DNA from: Octopus vulgaris | Lineage: Eukaryota | Reading direction: 5' to 3' | DNA length: 64,000 bases | NCBI GenBank assembly: GCA_951406725.2 | Contig: OX597830.1 | Location: forward strand, 18,414,001-18,478,000 | Shown here: piece after piece, positions 54,961-64,000 of the stretch | How the letters are laid out: every line of letters starts with the position of its first letter | Numbering within the stretch: position 1 is the stretch's first letter | Notes under the pieces: model-generated | Database searches by the model: none | Seen by the model: only the letters and a program-made list of their open reading frames with translations | What the model was told of the DNA's origin: nothing | Made by a program: the position numbers and the translations under genes

Positions 54961-55362
54961 GGATCTTTTCGGTTTGAACGGCAGTTTTTTTCTAGCGGTG
55001 TCATATGAAATTGTCACCCATAATTATGACCCTAGAATTGATCTATTGCATTTCAATCTCTTTTAGGGTTAGGGTTAGGGGTAGGGGAAGGGTATCTTTT
55101 TTCTTAAACCCAATCTGTTTCTTAAACGAGGGGCATATTCATACGGCACAGAATGCTTTTTACTTCAATAGACGTCAGTGATTGGTTGAAATTGCAGAAA
55201 TTGAAGAAAAAAACAACAAATATCTTACAAACTATAGAATTTTCTCAGTAAAGCCAAGAGAAGAAGATGTTTTATAAACACACTCTACCAGTATACGAAG
55301 TTTAAGATTTTTTAGTTACCTAGAAATTATGTTAAAAACTGCCATTCAAACCGAAAAGATCC
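54961..55362 (+). mobile_element. MITE with 8-bp TSD, GG-starting ~28-bp TIRs and an internal TTAGGG tract
   Basis: TSD ccagcttc; TIR ggatcttttcggtttgaacggcagtttt; ttagggttagggttagggg at ~55063. Confidence 0.9.
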
Positions 55363-55559
55363 CCAGCTTCTCTACCCTTCTTGTCTCCTTTCTTTGCCAA
55401 TGGTTCTTTGCCATGTGCTCTTAGGGTGCTCTGCTGCTTTTTTCTCTTCAGGTTGTCACTTTAGTATCACCATACAGTTACTTTCTTGATCTTCATTAAA
55501 ATGTGGATGGTCCATTAGAACAAACTATACTGTGGTAGTTATCTGGAGAGACACTTTCA

Positions 55560-55960
55560 TACTCTTTACTCTTTTACTTGTTTCAGTCATTTGACTGGGG
55601 CCATGCTGGAGCACCGCCTTTAGTCGAAGAAATCGATGCCCAGGACTTGTTCTTTGTAAGCCTAGTGCTTATTCTATCGGTCTATTTTGCCAAACCGCTA
55701 AGTTACGTGGACGTAAACACACCAGCATCGGTTGTCAAGCGATATTGGGGAGACAAACACAGACACACAAATATATATACATATATATATATATACGACG
55801 GGCTTCTTTCAGTTTCCATCTACCAAATCCACTCACAAGGCTTTGGTCAGCCCGAGGCTATAGTAGAAGACACTTGCCCAAGGTGCCACGCAGTGGGACT
55901 GAACCCGGACCCATGTGGTTGGTAAGCAAGCTACTTACCACCAGCCACTCCTGTGCTTAT
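55560..55960 (-). mobile_element. SINE family B
   Basis: Consensus match. Confidence 0.9.
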
Positions 55961-56231
55961 ATATGGGCTTTTTTTGTGCAAAATGCACTCTTATTTATAT
56001 CACTAGCAATACTTCTGCAGTATAGTTTGTTCAAATAGAACATCCACGTTTAAGTGGGGATAAATATTACCTCTTGATATTAATACTGCCTTTGTTGCTA
56101 ATATATATTTCTCTATCTTATCTGAGGGTGTATCTAATCCAATTCTAGTGTGTCTTATTCTGTCACTGATCCTGTTGATGCCCATTATTATCTCAAACCA
56201 TATATTGATGTCTTAAAATTAAATCAAAAAA

Positions 56232-56637
56232 AGATCCTTTTGGTTTGAACGGCAGTTTTTTAAAATAATTTCCACGTAACTAAATACTTTTAAACTTCGT
56301 ATACTGGTAGAATGTGTTTATAAAACATCTTTTTATCTTGGCTTTATTGAGAAAATTCTATAGTTTGTAAGATATTTGTTGTTTTTTTTCTTCAATTTCT
56401 GCAATTTCAACCAGTCAATGACGTCTATTGAGGTGATAACATTCTGTGCTGTATGAATATGTCTCTCGTTTAAGAAACAGATTGGGTTTATTTACATTTC
56501 TGAAGAAAAAAAAAAAGCCTTCCCCCACTCCTAACCCTAACCCGAAAAGAGATTGAAATGCAATAGATCGATACTAGGGTCATAATTATGGGTGACAATT
56601 TCATATGACACCGCTAGAAAAAACTGCCGTTCAAACC
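56232..56637 (-). mobile_element. Second, inverted copy of the TTAGGG-containing MITE
   Basis: Reverse complement of 54961-55362, with one TIR end truncated. Confidence 0.85.
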
Positions 56638-57839
56638 ACACACAAACACCAAAATGCTGCATGGTCATGACTGAAATGCCTTTGATCATAATTCTGCTTG
56701 ATTGAATCCTAGTACCACAGTACTACTACTAGTATTATTGTTGTAGTTGTTACTGCTACACAGGTTTTTGTCATGCAGGCTTACAGTTGAATTCATTCCA
56801 ATAACTCAGATAGGACTGACCTAGGCTAAACAACAACACTAATAAGAACCTCTATATGGTTACATCTCTTGCTAGAAATATCAGCCAAATGTCTCTAAAA
56901 CTGCACATTACTGTCTTGAAAAAAGTAAGGCAACTTGTATAATATAATCTTAGAGACATTGCATCTGAATAACAGATGGAACAAACACAGTTGGAATGCC
57001 CTTGAACATAATCGATCAAAACTGACCTGCAACTACATGAAAAAAAAAACCCAATCTGTTTATCACCATTTAACATCCATTTTCCATGCTGGCATGAATT
57101 GGATGATTTGAGAGGAATTGGCAAGCCAGGGAAATGCACCAGGTTCCAGTTATCTGTTTTGGTTGGGTTTCCACATAGGATGTCCTTCCTAATGTACTTT
57201 TCCTTGTACTTGTGACGGCATTCACCCAGGGTGGGTTGAGCCAACTTCTTCTCTGGTCCTGACGGAGAAGAAGCCGGCTTCTTCCTAATGCCAACCACTT
57301 TACAGAGTGTACCAAGTACTTTCTACATGACACTACATGCAGTACCAGCATGGATGCTTTACATGTGCCACCAACATTAGGGCTTTCTACATGGTACCAG
57401 CACCTGTGTGCTCACAACACAAGGACCTCTCAACTGAGAGAAGGAGTGGAACCTGCTTCACTTTGACTGTGTCAAAATTCCAAACATTTCTACCTAGAAT
57501 GAAAATATTGTGTCTCTTCTAGCTGAACCCATTATCTACCTTCAATCTGAAGTTTTTAACCCCTTACATTGCTCTGCATTAAATGTAAATATGAATCTCC
57601 TCTAACAAAACACCTCTGTTTATCCCTCTGTCATACTCACAAGATTTTGGTCAGATAGGGGCTATAGTAGAAAACAATTACCTAAAGTGCTGCACAGAGG
57701 GACTGAACTCAAGATTACATGGTTGAGAAGCAAACTTCTTAACCGCACAACCACATCTATATATACACATACATACATACATGATTATATATATATAAAA
57801 AAAACAAAGTGGAGTTGTAAGGTACCGTACGAGTGGAAT

Positions 57840-57951
57840 TATATATGAAAGAAGGTTTGAAAATGCAATTTTAAAAGATGTTTATTTACTTGACCGGTCA
57901 AGTAAATAAACATCTTTTAAAATTGCATTTTCAAACCTTCTTTCATATATA
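57840..57951. repeat. Perfect 112-bp spacerless palindrome centred on tgACCGGTca
   Basis: Checked base by base; flanked by TA tracts. Confidence 0.95.
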
Positions 57952-57987
57952 TATATATATATATATATCATCATCATCATCATATAA

Positions 57988-58052
<65 letters not shown>

Positions 58053-58174
58053 TCTTAAAAATAAGATTATAATTTTGAAGGAGATTTACTGACTCTATAC
58101 TGAGAGTAGAGTCAAATTTCTTGTAAAGTTTAAGTTGCCTGGGACTTCAGGTTTTGCTTATCGATACATATACA

Positions 58175-58205
<31 letters not shown>

Positions 58206-59440
58206 CTCTCTCTCATGCACACACATACACACACATTTAAATAGAATATTTATCTCAGGGCTCAAGTTTCATGCTGCTATGATCTTTTAGTTCTCAATGA
58301 AAGATTGCAGCAGTGTGTAACATGAGTTGCAAGATAAATATTCAGTTTAAAGTAACCATATACGCTTCAACATGTACCAAGTACTCCTTGTTCGTATGTC
58401 TTATGTACCGTGTACATTACTAATTAAAAGTTGTTATCTGCAATAAAAGTGCAACATATGTAATGATTACAGAATCAACCGACCAATAGAAAGAAGGAGA
58501 TTCAGCATGGTGACTTGAATTGCTAGAAATAGCAACTAAATTCTCTGCAGTTACATCTTACTGTTAAAAGGGACACATTGAATAAATTCTTTATGTAGTT
58601 AATAAAAAAAATGCTATGGCATGAGCCCCTGTATCTCTTAGGCATTCAAAATGGCTATAGACAGCCTAAATATTCAATCTGTTTTATGATCCCTCTAACT
58701 AGAGCAGGCCTCTCATACCTGCCCTACAATGTCATTCTAAAAATAAACAATCCCATTGTCAAAATCTCAAAGTTAAGAGATAATGTATGATTAATTCAAA
58801 ACAATGTGAATGAACAAGTATTGCAACATGACAGAGTAATCTTAATATGAAAGGGTTAATCATAGGTGCAGGAGTGGCTGTGTGGTAAGTAGCTTGCTTA
58901 CCTTTACTACAGGACAGTTCTTGCTACTTGGAAGTCACATCTTTCGTCGTGAAATATTGAACTTTTGAGGCTTGACTACAGATAGGCATTTGTTGTATCT
59001 TTTGGCGGGGCTTAGTGGAGTTTGCTGCCCTATATTTAATATTATTTGGTGAGCAACAGTTTCCACTCTGCTCCAGACATTTGCCTGCCTGAGGTCGTGT
59101 GTAAAGACTCACTTTGCAGCGAGAATTGTATTTTTTTGAGGAGGCGTAGCCCCTCCGCAAAAATTAATTTGTTTCTGAAAATTGTGTTACTGTGTTTGTT
59201 CCACTGGATTTACCTCGGGCAAGGAGTACCAAGGCAGGAAGGACTAATTTGTGCTGCGACTGGAGTACCCTGTATTATTGCGGATTGCCGGAGTTGCGGA
59301 ATTTGTGTTGCCGTGGATTGAACTGTCTTCCTTCGTTCTTTGTCTCTGCTCTGTCTTTCTGTTACTTTTTGTGTTTATTACTGAACTTTTATTTAGAACA
59401 TTTGAACTTTTTGTTGAACTCCTTTTCCTTCTTTGTGGTT

Positions 59441-59669
59441 TTAACCCTTTTGTTATCGTATTTATTTTGAGATGCTCTGTGTTCCTTTCAATTACTTTAA
59501 ATATACCAAAGAATTTAGCAAAATAACTTAGTTATCATTCAGCTAGTGTTAGGAACATAAATTGTTACTGAAATTTGGTGGAAGATTTTAATTTGAAACT
59601 TAAGAAAACAAGACATTTGTACTACAGAGCCAGAGCCAGTTTCAGCTGGGTTGGTAACGAAAGGGTTAA
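59441..59669 (-). mobile_element. piggyBac-type MITE family 1 nested in the 5' UTR of the HAL1-like element
   Basis: TTAA TSD; reverse complement of the 54043 copy. Confidence 0.9.
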
Positions 59670-59672
59670 ATC

Positions 59673-60917
59673 ATGGCAACAAAGAAAACCACTATGCTGG
59701 AGTGGGAAATTCTTCTCCCCAAGTGGTGGTTAGAGGACCGTAATGAGAGAATGGTGGTGTTGAGGACATGCTCAAGTCCCTTGACACCATCACTGTGTTC
59801 TCTCAGGTCAAGATTGAGAAGGAGTTGGCAGAATACCTGCCAACTATCAAGTATATTGCAAGGGGTGACAAATTTGCAACAGTGTGGTTGCTGTTTGACA
59901 CCCCTAAAGAGGCTAGCATTTTTGCTAGTCAGCTCCTAGAATGGGAAAAAATTTTGTTTCTCCCCACATATCGTGGGAGGAAATTGACAACAGCTTGGGT
60001 GAGTGGGATGCCACCCGGAATAGAGCTTGAGTGGATAGAGGACACTGTCCGCTGGGGTCTGGGTGGCAACGGAGCCAGGCTCTTGAATGTTAGAATGCTT
60101 CCTATGGCTGATTGGGTGGGGTCGAAAGCAATTTTGACCCTATGGACCTAATCAGCCAAAGATCTGATTTTCCAAGATTTTCTAAAGATGGTTGGTTCTA
60201 GGAACCTGGTGACTCTTGAGGGGACCCCCACCCAAGTGTCACCTGTGCCTGGAATCAGGCCACATCAAGAATTGTCCCAAGAACCAAGCAAGGGCACTGG
60301 AGAAATTAATAGAGGAGGATGGTTTTCCTCCAATGGAGGGAGAGGTAGAGGAGGAGGTAACCCCCTTGAAAGGAAAAAAAAGAAAGAAGGTGGGCAACAA
60401 TAGTTGCCCACCAATGGATTCTGAGGCGGCAGGAGGGAAGGAGGGACTCCTGGACAAGTTGGAGGAACTCCACCCTTCCGTCAAGAAGAGAAAATAAAAG
60501 AAAAAGAAAAAAAAGAATGGGACATCACTGGCAGTTGATCGTCAACTGCCAGTATGCCCTGAAACTCTGTCGGTGGAAAGAGTGCCACTGACAGAGGGAG
60601 CAGTGGCCCATCCCAGAAAGAGGGAAGATGAGTTTGTTGTATTCTTTCTGAAGGGAGGGGCAATAGAAAGCTTCCTAAGGAAGCGAAGCTTGAAGGAGGA
60701 GGAGCCCTTAGCCTCGACCAAAGGCAGGAGTTGGCCATCGCAGGTGACTGCGAAGGTTATATCGGAAGTCAACATGGCCATGGTGGTGGGCTCCTTCAAA
60801 AAGGACATGTTCAGAATCGAGTTTTGGGACCCCGACCGGGATCCGGGTCAGTACCTATGGCAGCCCACAACCTGGTCGGGGGCGAAAAAGAATAGACTTA
60901 GCACCGAAATATGTTAA
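59673..60917 (+). pseudogene. Disrupted L1/Tx1-type ORF1 (gag-like) protein, ~415 codons
   Basis: Joins ORFs 59673/59768/60188/60216/60573 via 2 frameshifts and 2 stops; zinc-knuckle-like CHLCLESGHIKNC; Lys-rich segments. Confidence 0.75.
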
Positions 60918-61989
60918 TGTGCATTAATATTGTTGTTATTTCTGTAAGAGGGTTATTACCTCAAGATGTGTCTTTTTAAAAAAACAATGTTATAGAGAAG
61001 CAAAGGGTCGGCAGGCACTTTCTGTTTTCTCCCATTTTTACCATCCTGTATTATTATCATTTGCCTCATCAATGTCATGTACTGCCTCTATGGCAGATTT
61101 GATAAAATAAAGTAGCTTGCTTACCAACCACATGGTTCTGGGTTCTGTCCCACTGCGTGGCACCTGGGGGAAGTGTCTTCTACTATAGCCCTGGGCCAAC
61201 CAAAACCTTGTGAGTGGATTTGGTAGACGGAAACTGAAAGAAGCCTGTCGTATATATGTGTATGTATATGTGTGTGTGTGTGTTGTGTATTTGTGTCACC
61301 CTAACATCGCTTGACAACCGATGCTAGTGTGGTTAGGTCACCATAACTTAGCAGTTCAGCAAAAGAGACCAATAGAATAAGTACTAGGCTTACAAAAAAT
61401 AAGTCCTGGGGTCGATTTGATCCGACTAAAGGCAGTGCTCCAGCATGGCTGCAGTCAAATGACTGAAACAAGTAAAAGAATAGGTCTACTGGTTCAGGGC
61501 TGACCTGGGGCCACCACACATCTATTTTGTATATATATATATACTAAGGGACATTTGTTCTCACACATAAAAAACGATATTCACTTTAATGAAAGCACCT
61601 CTCTGTAGTGACTCCCCGGCCCCTATAGATTCACATCCTTTTTTTTTTTTTCATCTGTTTATTTATTTAATTTTCCTGCTCCTAATTTATTGGTGTTGCT
61701 TTTGTAAAGCTTATTTTCACTAGATCCTTCAGGAAAGTAGCAGGTTACAGAAAAGAAAAAAAAAAGTGGGGGAAAAAAACCAAAAAGAAAATGGGGAAAG
61801 ATATTTATTATCCAAGGTTGAAAGCATATAAGTAAGAATAAAATCACTTTGAGAAATTCTACAAGGTCATTGGAAACCTTAAACTTTCAATCTTAGAATG
61901 AACCCTATCCCTTTACATTAAATCTAAGCATACACAAACATGCACAGACACACAGACATGTATCATGGCATTCATTGTATCATGACCCA

Positions 61990-62208
61990 ATTTTGAGGGG
62001 ATGGGCAAATGAATTACACAGATCCCGGTAGCTGGCTGGTTCTTTATTTCAGCAACCCCCAAAATGATGAAAGGCAAAGTTGATTTTGATGGGATTTGAA
62101 CTCTGACTGTAAAAAAAAACTGGAAGAAATGCTACTAAGCATTTTGTCTACTATGGTAGCAATTCTGCCAACAACAACAACAATGATAACAACAACAACA
62201 ACAACAAC

Positions 62209-62241
<33 letters not shown>

Positions 62242-62625
62242 AATAAAAATAATAATAATGATAATAATTGTTTCAACTTTTGACACAAGGCCAGCAATTC
62301 TGGGACAGGGGTAAGTCAATTACATTAATCCTAGTGCACAACTGGAACTTACTTTACCAATCCCGAAAGGATGGAAAGCAAAGTTGGCTTCAGCAGCATT
62401 TGAACTCAGATTGTAAAGATTGATGAAATGTTGTCAAAACATTTTGCCCAGCCTGCTAACAATTCTGTCAACTCGCTGAATAATAATAATAATAATAATC
62501 CTTTCTATTATAAGCACAAGGCCTGTATTTTGTGGTGGGGAGGCAGTCAATCATATTGACCCCCATACTCAACTGGTACTTTAATTTATTGATGAAAGGC
62601 AAAGTTGACCTCGGTGAAATTTGAG
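61990..62625 (-). mobile_element. Array of older family C SINE units with (aat)n spacers
   Basis: Three reverse-complement copies of the Meta-like core. Confidence 0.7.
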
Positions 62626-62810
62626 ATGGAAAGATAGAACATCTACAGAAATCAGCATTGCTTGGAACTGCAAGAATTTTTCACGGGGTTCTTGAAGCAT
62701 GACCAGTAAATAAGTGCCACCTTAGTTTGGTGGCTGTGAACAGCTGAAACTTTCCATCATTCCCAGCAAAATAAGCTGAGAGTTTTCATCAAATAATAAT
62801 AATAGTAATA
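62626..62810 (+). pseudogene. R4/Dong-type (restriction-like endonuclease) LINE 3' end
   Basis: KIEHLQKSALLGTARIFHGVLEA* followed by an (aat)n tail. Confidence 0.7.
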
Positions 62811-63446
62811 ATACATGCATTTTCCATGCTTGCATAAGTTGGATGGGTCTTTTTCAGCACAGCACCTTAACATCTTAACACTTGATATTGTAATCTTTGT
62901 TGTCGTCTTTGTGGGAGTCGGCCTCTAGTGATCAGTTTTTACCACTTCATCCCATTTCTTTCTCTTCTGCAGATTCTTTCAACTGGGTTCATTTGGTAGT
63001 TCTTCACTCAGTTGTCATCTTCCATATTGCATCACATGATCACAGAAGCCCAAGCTTGTCTCTTCCATCATAAAATCTGATTCCTCTTGTACCCAGTTTT
63101 ACTCTTAGTTCATTTCTCTTCTATCATTACACATTCAGCAGAACATGTCAGCCACGTTTCTTTATTTCCTTTAATAAACATTTCCTGCATTCAATGCTCA
63201 TATTTTATCATTATCAAGCACCAATGTATTTTATACTCATGCATCGTGCGAAAAAATCCACCACTCACTCAGAGAACTTTGTTGTTGTCTGCAAAGGTAA
63301 TTACTTTCTGAGCTTTTTCACTTTTTTACTCTGGCTATTTTTCATTCAAAACATTTTCTGCCATTGTACATATACAATGGACTCTTTCAGTTTCCATTTG
63401 CCAAACCTTTCTTCAATAACCAAGGGCGAGAGTAGAAGAGATTTGC

Positions 63447-63674
63447 TTAACCCTTTAGTGTTCAGATTACTCTGTTAAATATAATACTTTTTCACTCAAA
63501 TTGTTTTGAATTAATCATGCATTATCTTATAGCTTTGCGGTTTCAGTGATGTGATTGTTTACTTTTAGCATGACATTGTAGGTTAGGTGTGAGAGACTAG
63601 ATATTGCCAGTGTGAATATAAAACATTTAGAATATTTGGGCCGGATATGGCTGGTTTAAACACCAAAGGGTTAA
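63447..63674 (-). mobile_element. piggyBac-type MITE family 2
   Basis: ttaacccttt...aaagggttaa termini. Confidence 0.8.
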
Positions 63675-64000
63675 GGTGCTATACAGTGGGACTGCACCCA
63701 AAACTACATGGCTGTGTGGTTAGGAAGTGAAATTCCTAACTACACAGCCATGCAAGCATCTATAACACACACACACACACACACACATTTGGAGAAAGGA
63801 GAGAGAGATGGAGGGAGAGTAGTAAACTATAACTAGGTTGGGTACTGAGATTCAGGAATGCACAGTCATGGACAGAAATTACAGCTTAATACATACCTCA
63901 TGCATACATGAGTACAAAATAGTCACCGGTGAACTAAATGATCCGGGATCTGGTTTCAGTTCTCAATCATAGCCATTTTACTAAATTCACACAACTTAAT

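Larger units (their letters stand above)
58903..61109 (+). mobile_element. ORF1-only non-LTR retroelement (HAL1-like, L1/Tx1 group) inserted in a family B SINE
   Basis: 16-bp TSD aagtagcttgcttacc (58887-58902 and 61110-61125); the SINE resumes seamlessly after it; 3' end ...gataaaataa. Confidence 0.85.

Noticed and set aside
55062-55087. Interstitial telomere or fusion site
   Set aside because: Only about 3 units, internal to a MITE and present in both copies.
56003-56185. 60-aa minus-strand ORF between the inverted MITEs
   Set aside because: No recognisable motif or convincing splice sites.

Overview
AT-rich, repeat-saturated eukaryotic DNA. The SINE repertoire and dense (TA)n/(ATT)n/(CA)n microsatellites suggest an octopus (coleoid cephalopod) intronic or intergenic region; this is inferred, not searched. 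I found no intact protein-coding gene, rRNA, true tRNA or CRISPR array, and nearly all listed ORFs are repeat artefacts. The window contains at least four SINE families (often nested, with clear TSDs), TTAA piggyBac-type MITEs, hAT- and mariner-type MITEs, decayed Tc1 and DD37D/maT transposons, and CR1, RTE, R4 and L1/Tx1 LINE fragments. The most interesting signals are: (1) several short Penelope-like elements in (TA)n tracts that carry minimal hammerhead-ribozyme motifs, mostly with a CCGANGA variant core, and form up to perfect 112-200 bp palindromes; (2) a 2.2-kb ORF1-only (HAL1-like) retroelement with a 16-bp TSD; (3) a tail-outward CR1-RTE-CR1 sandwich; (4) a few isolated candidate exons or microexons. 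Repeat boundaries are approximate unless TSDs or TIRs are quoted.
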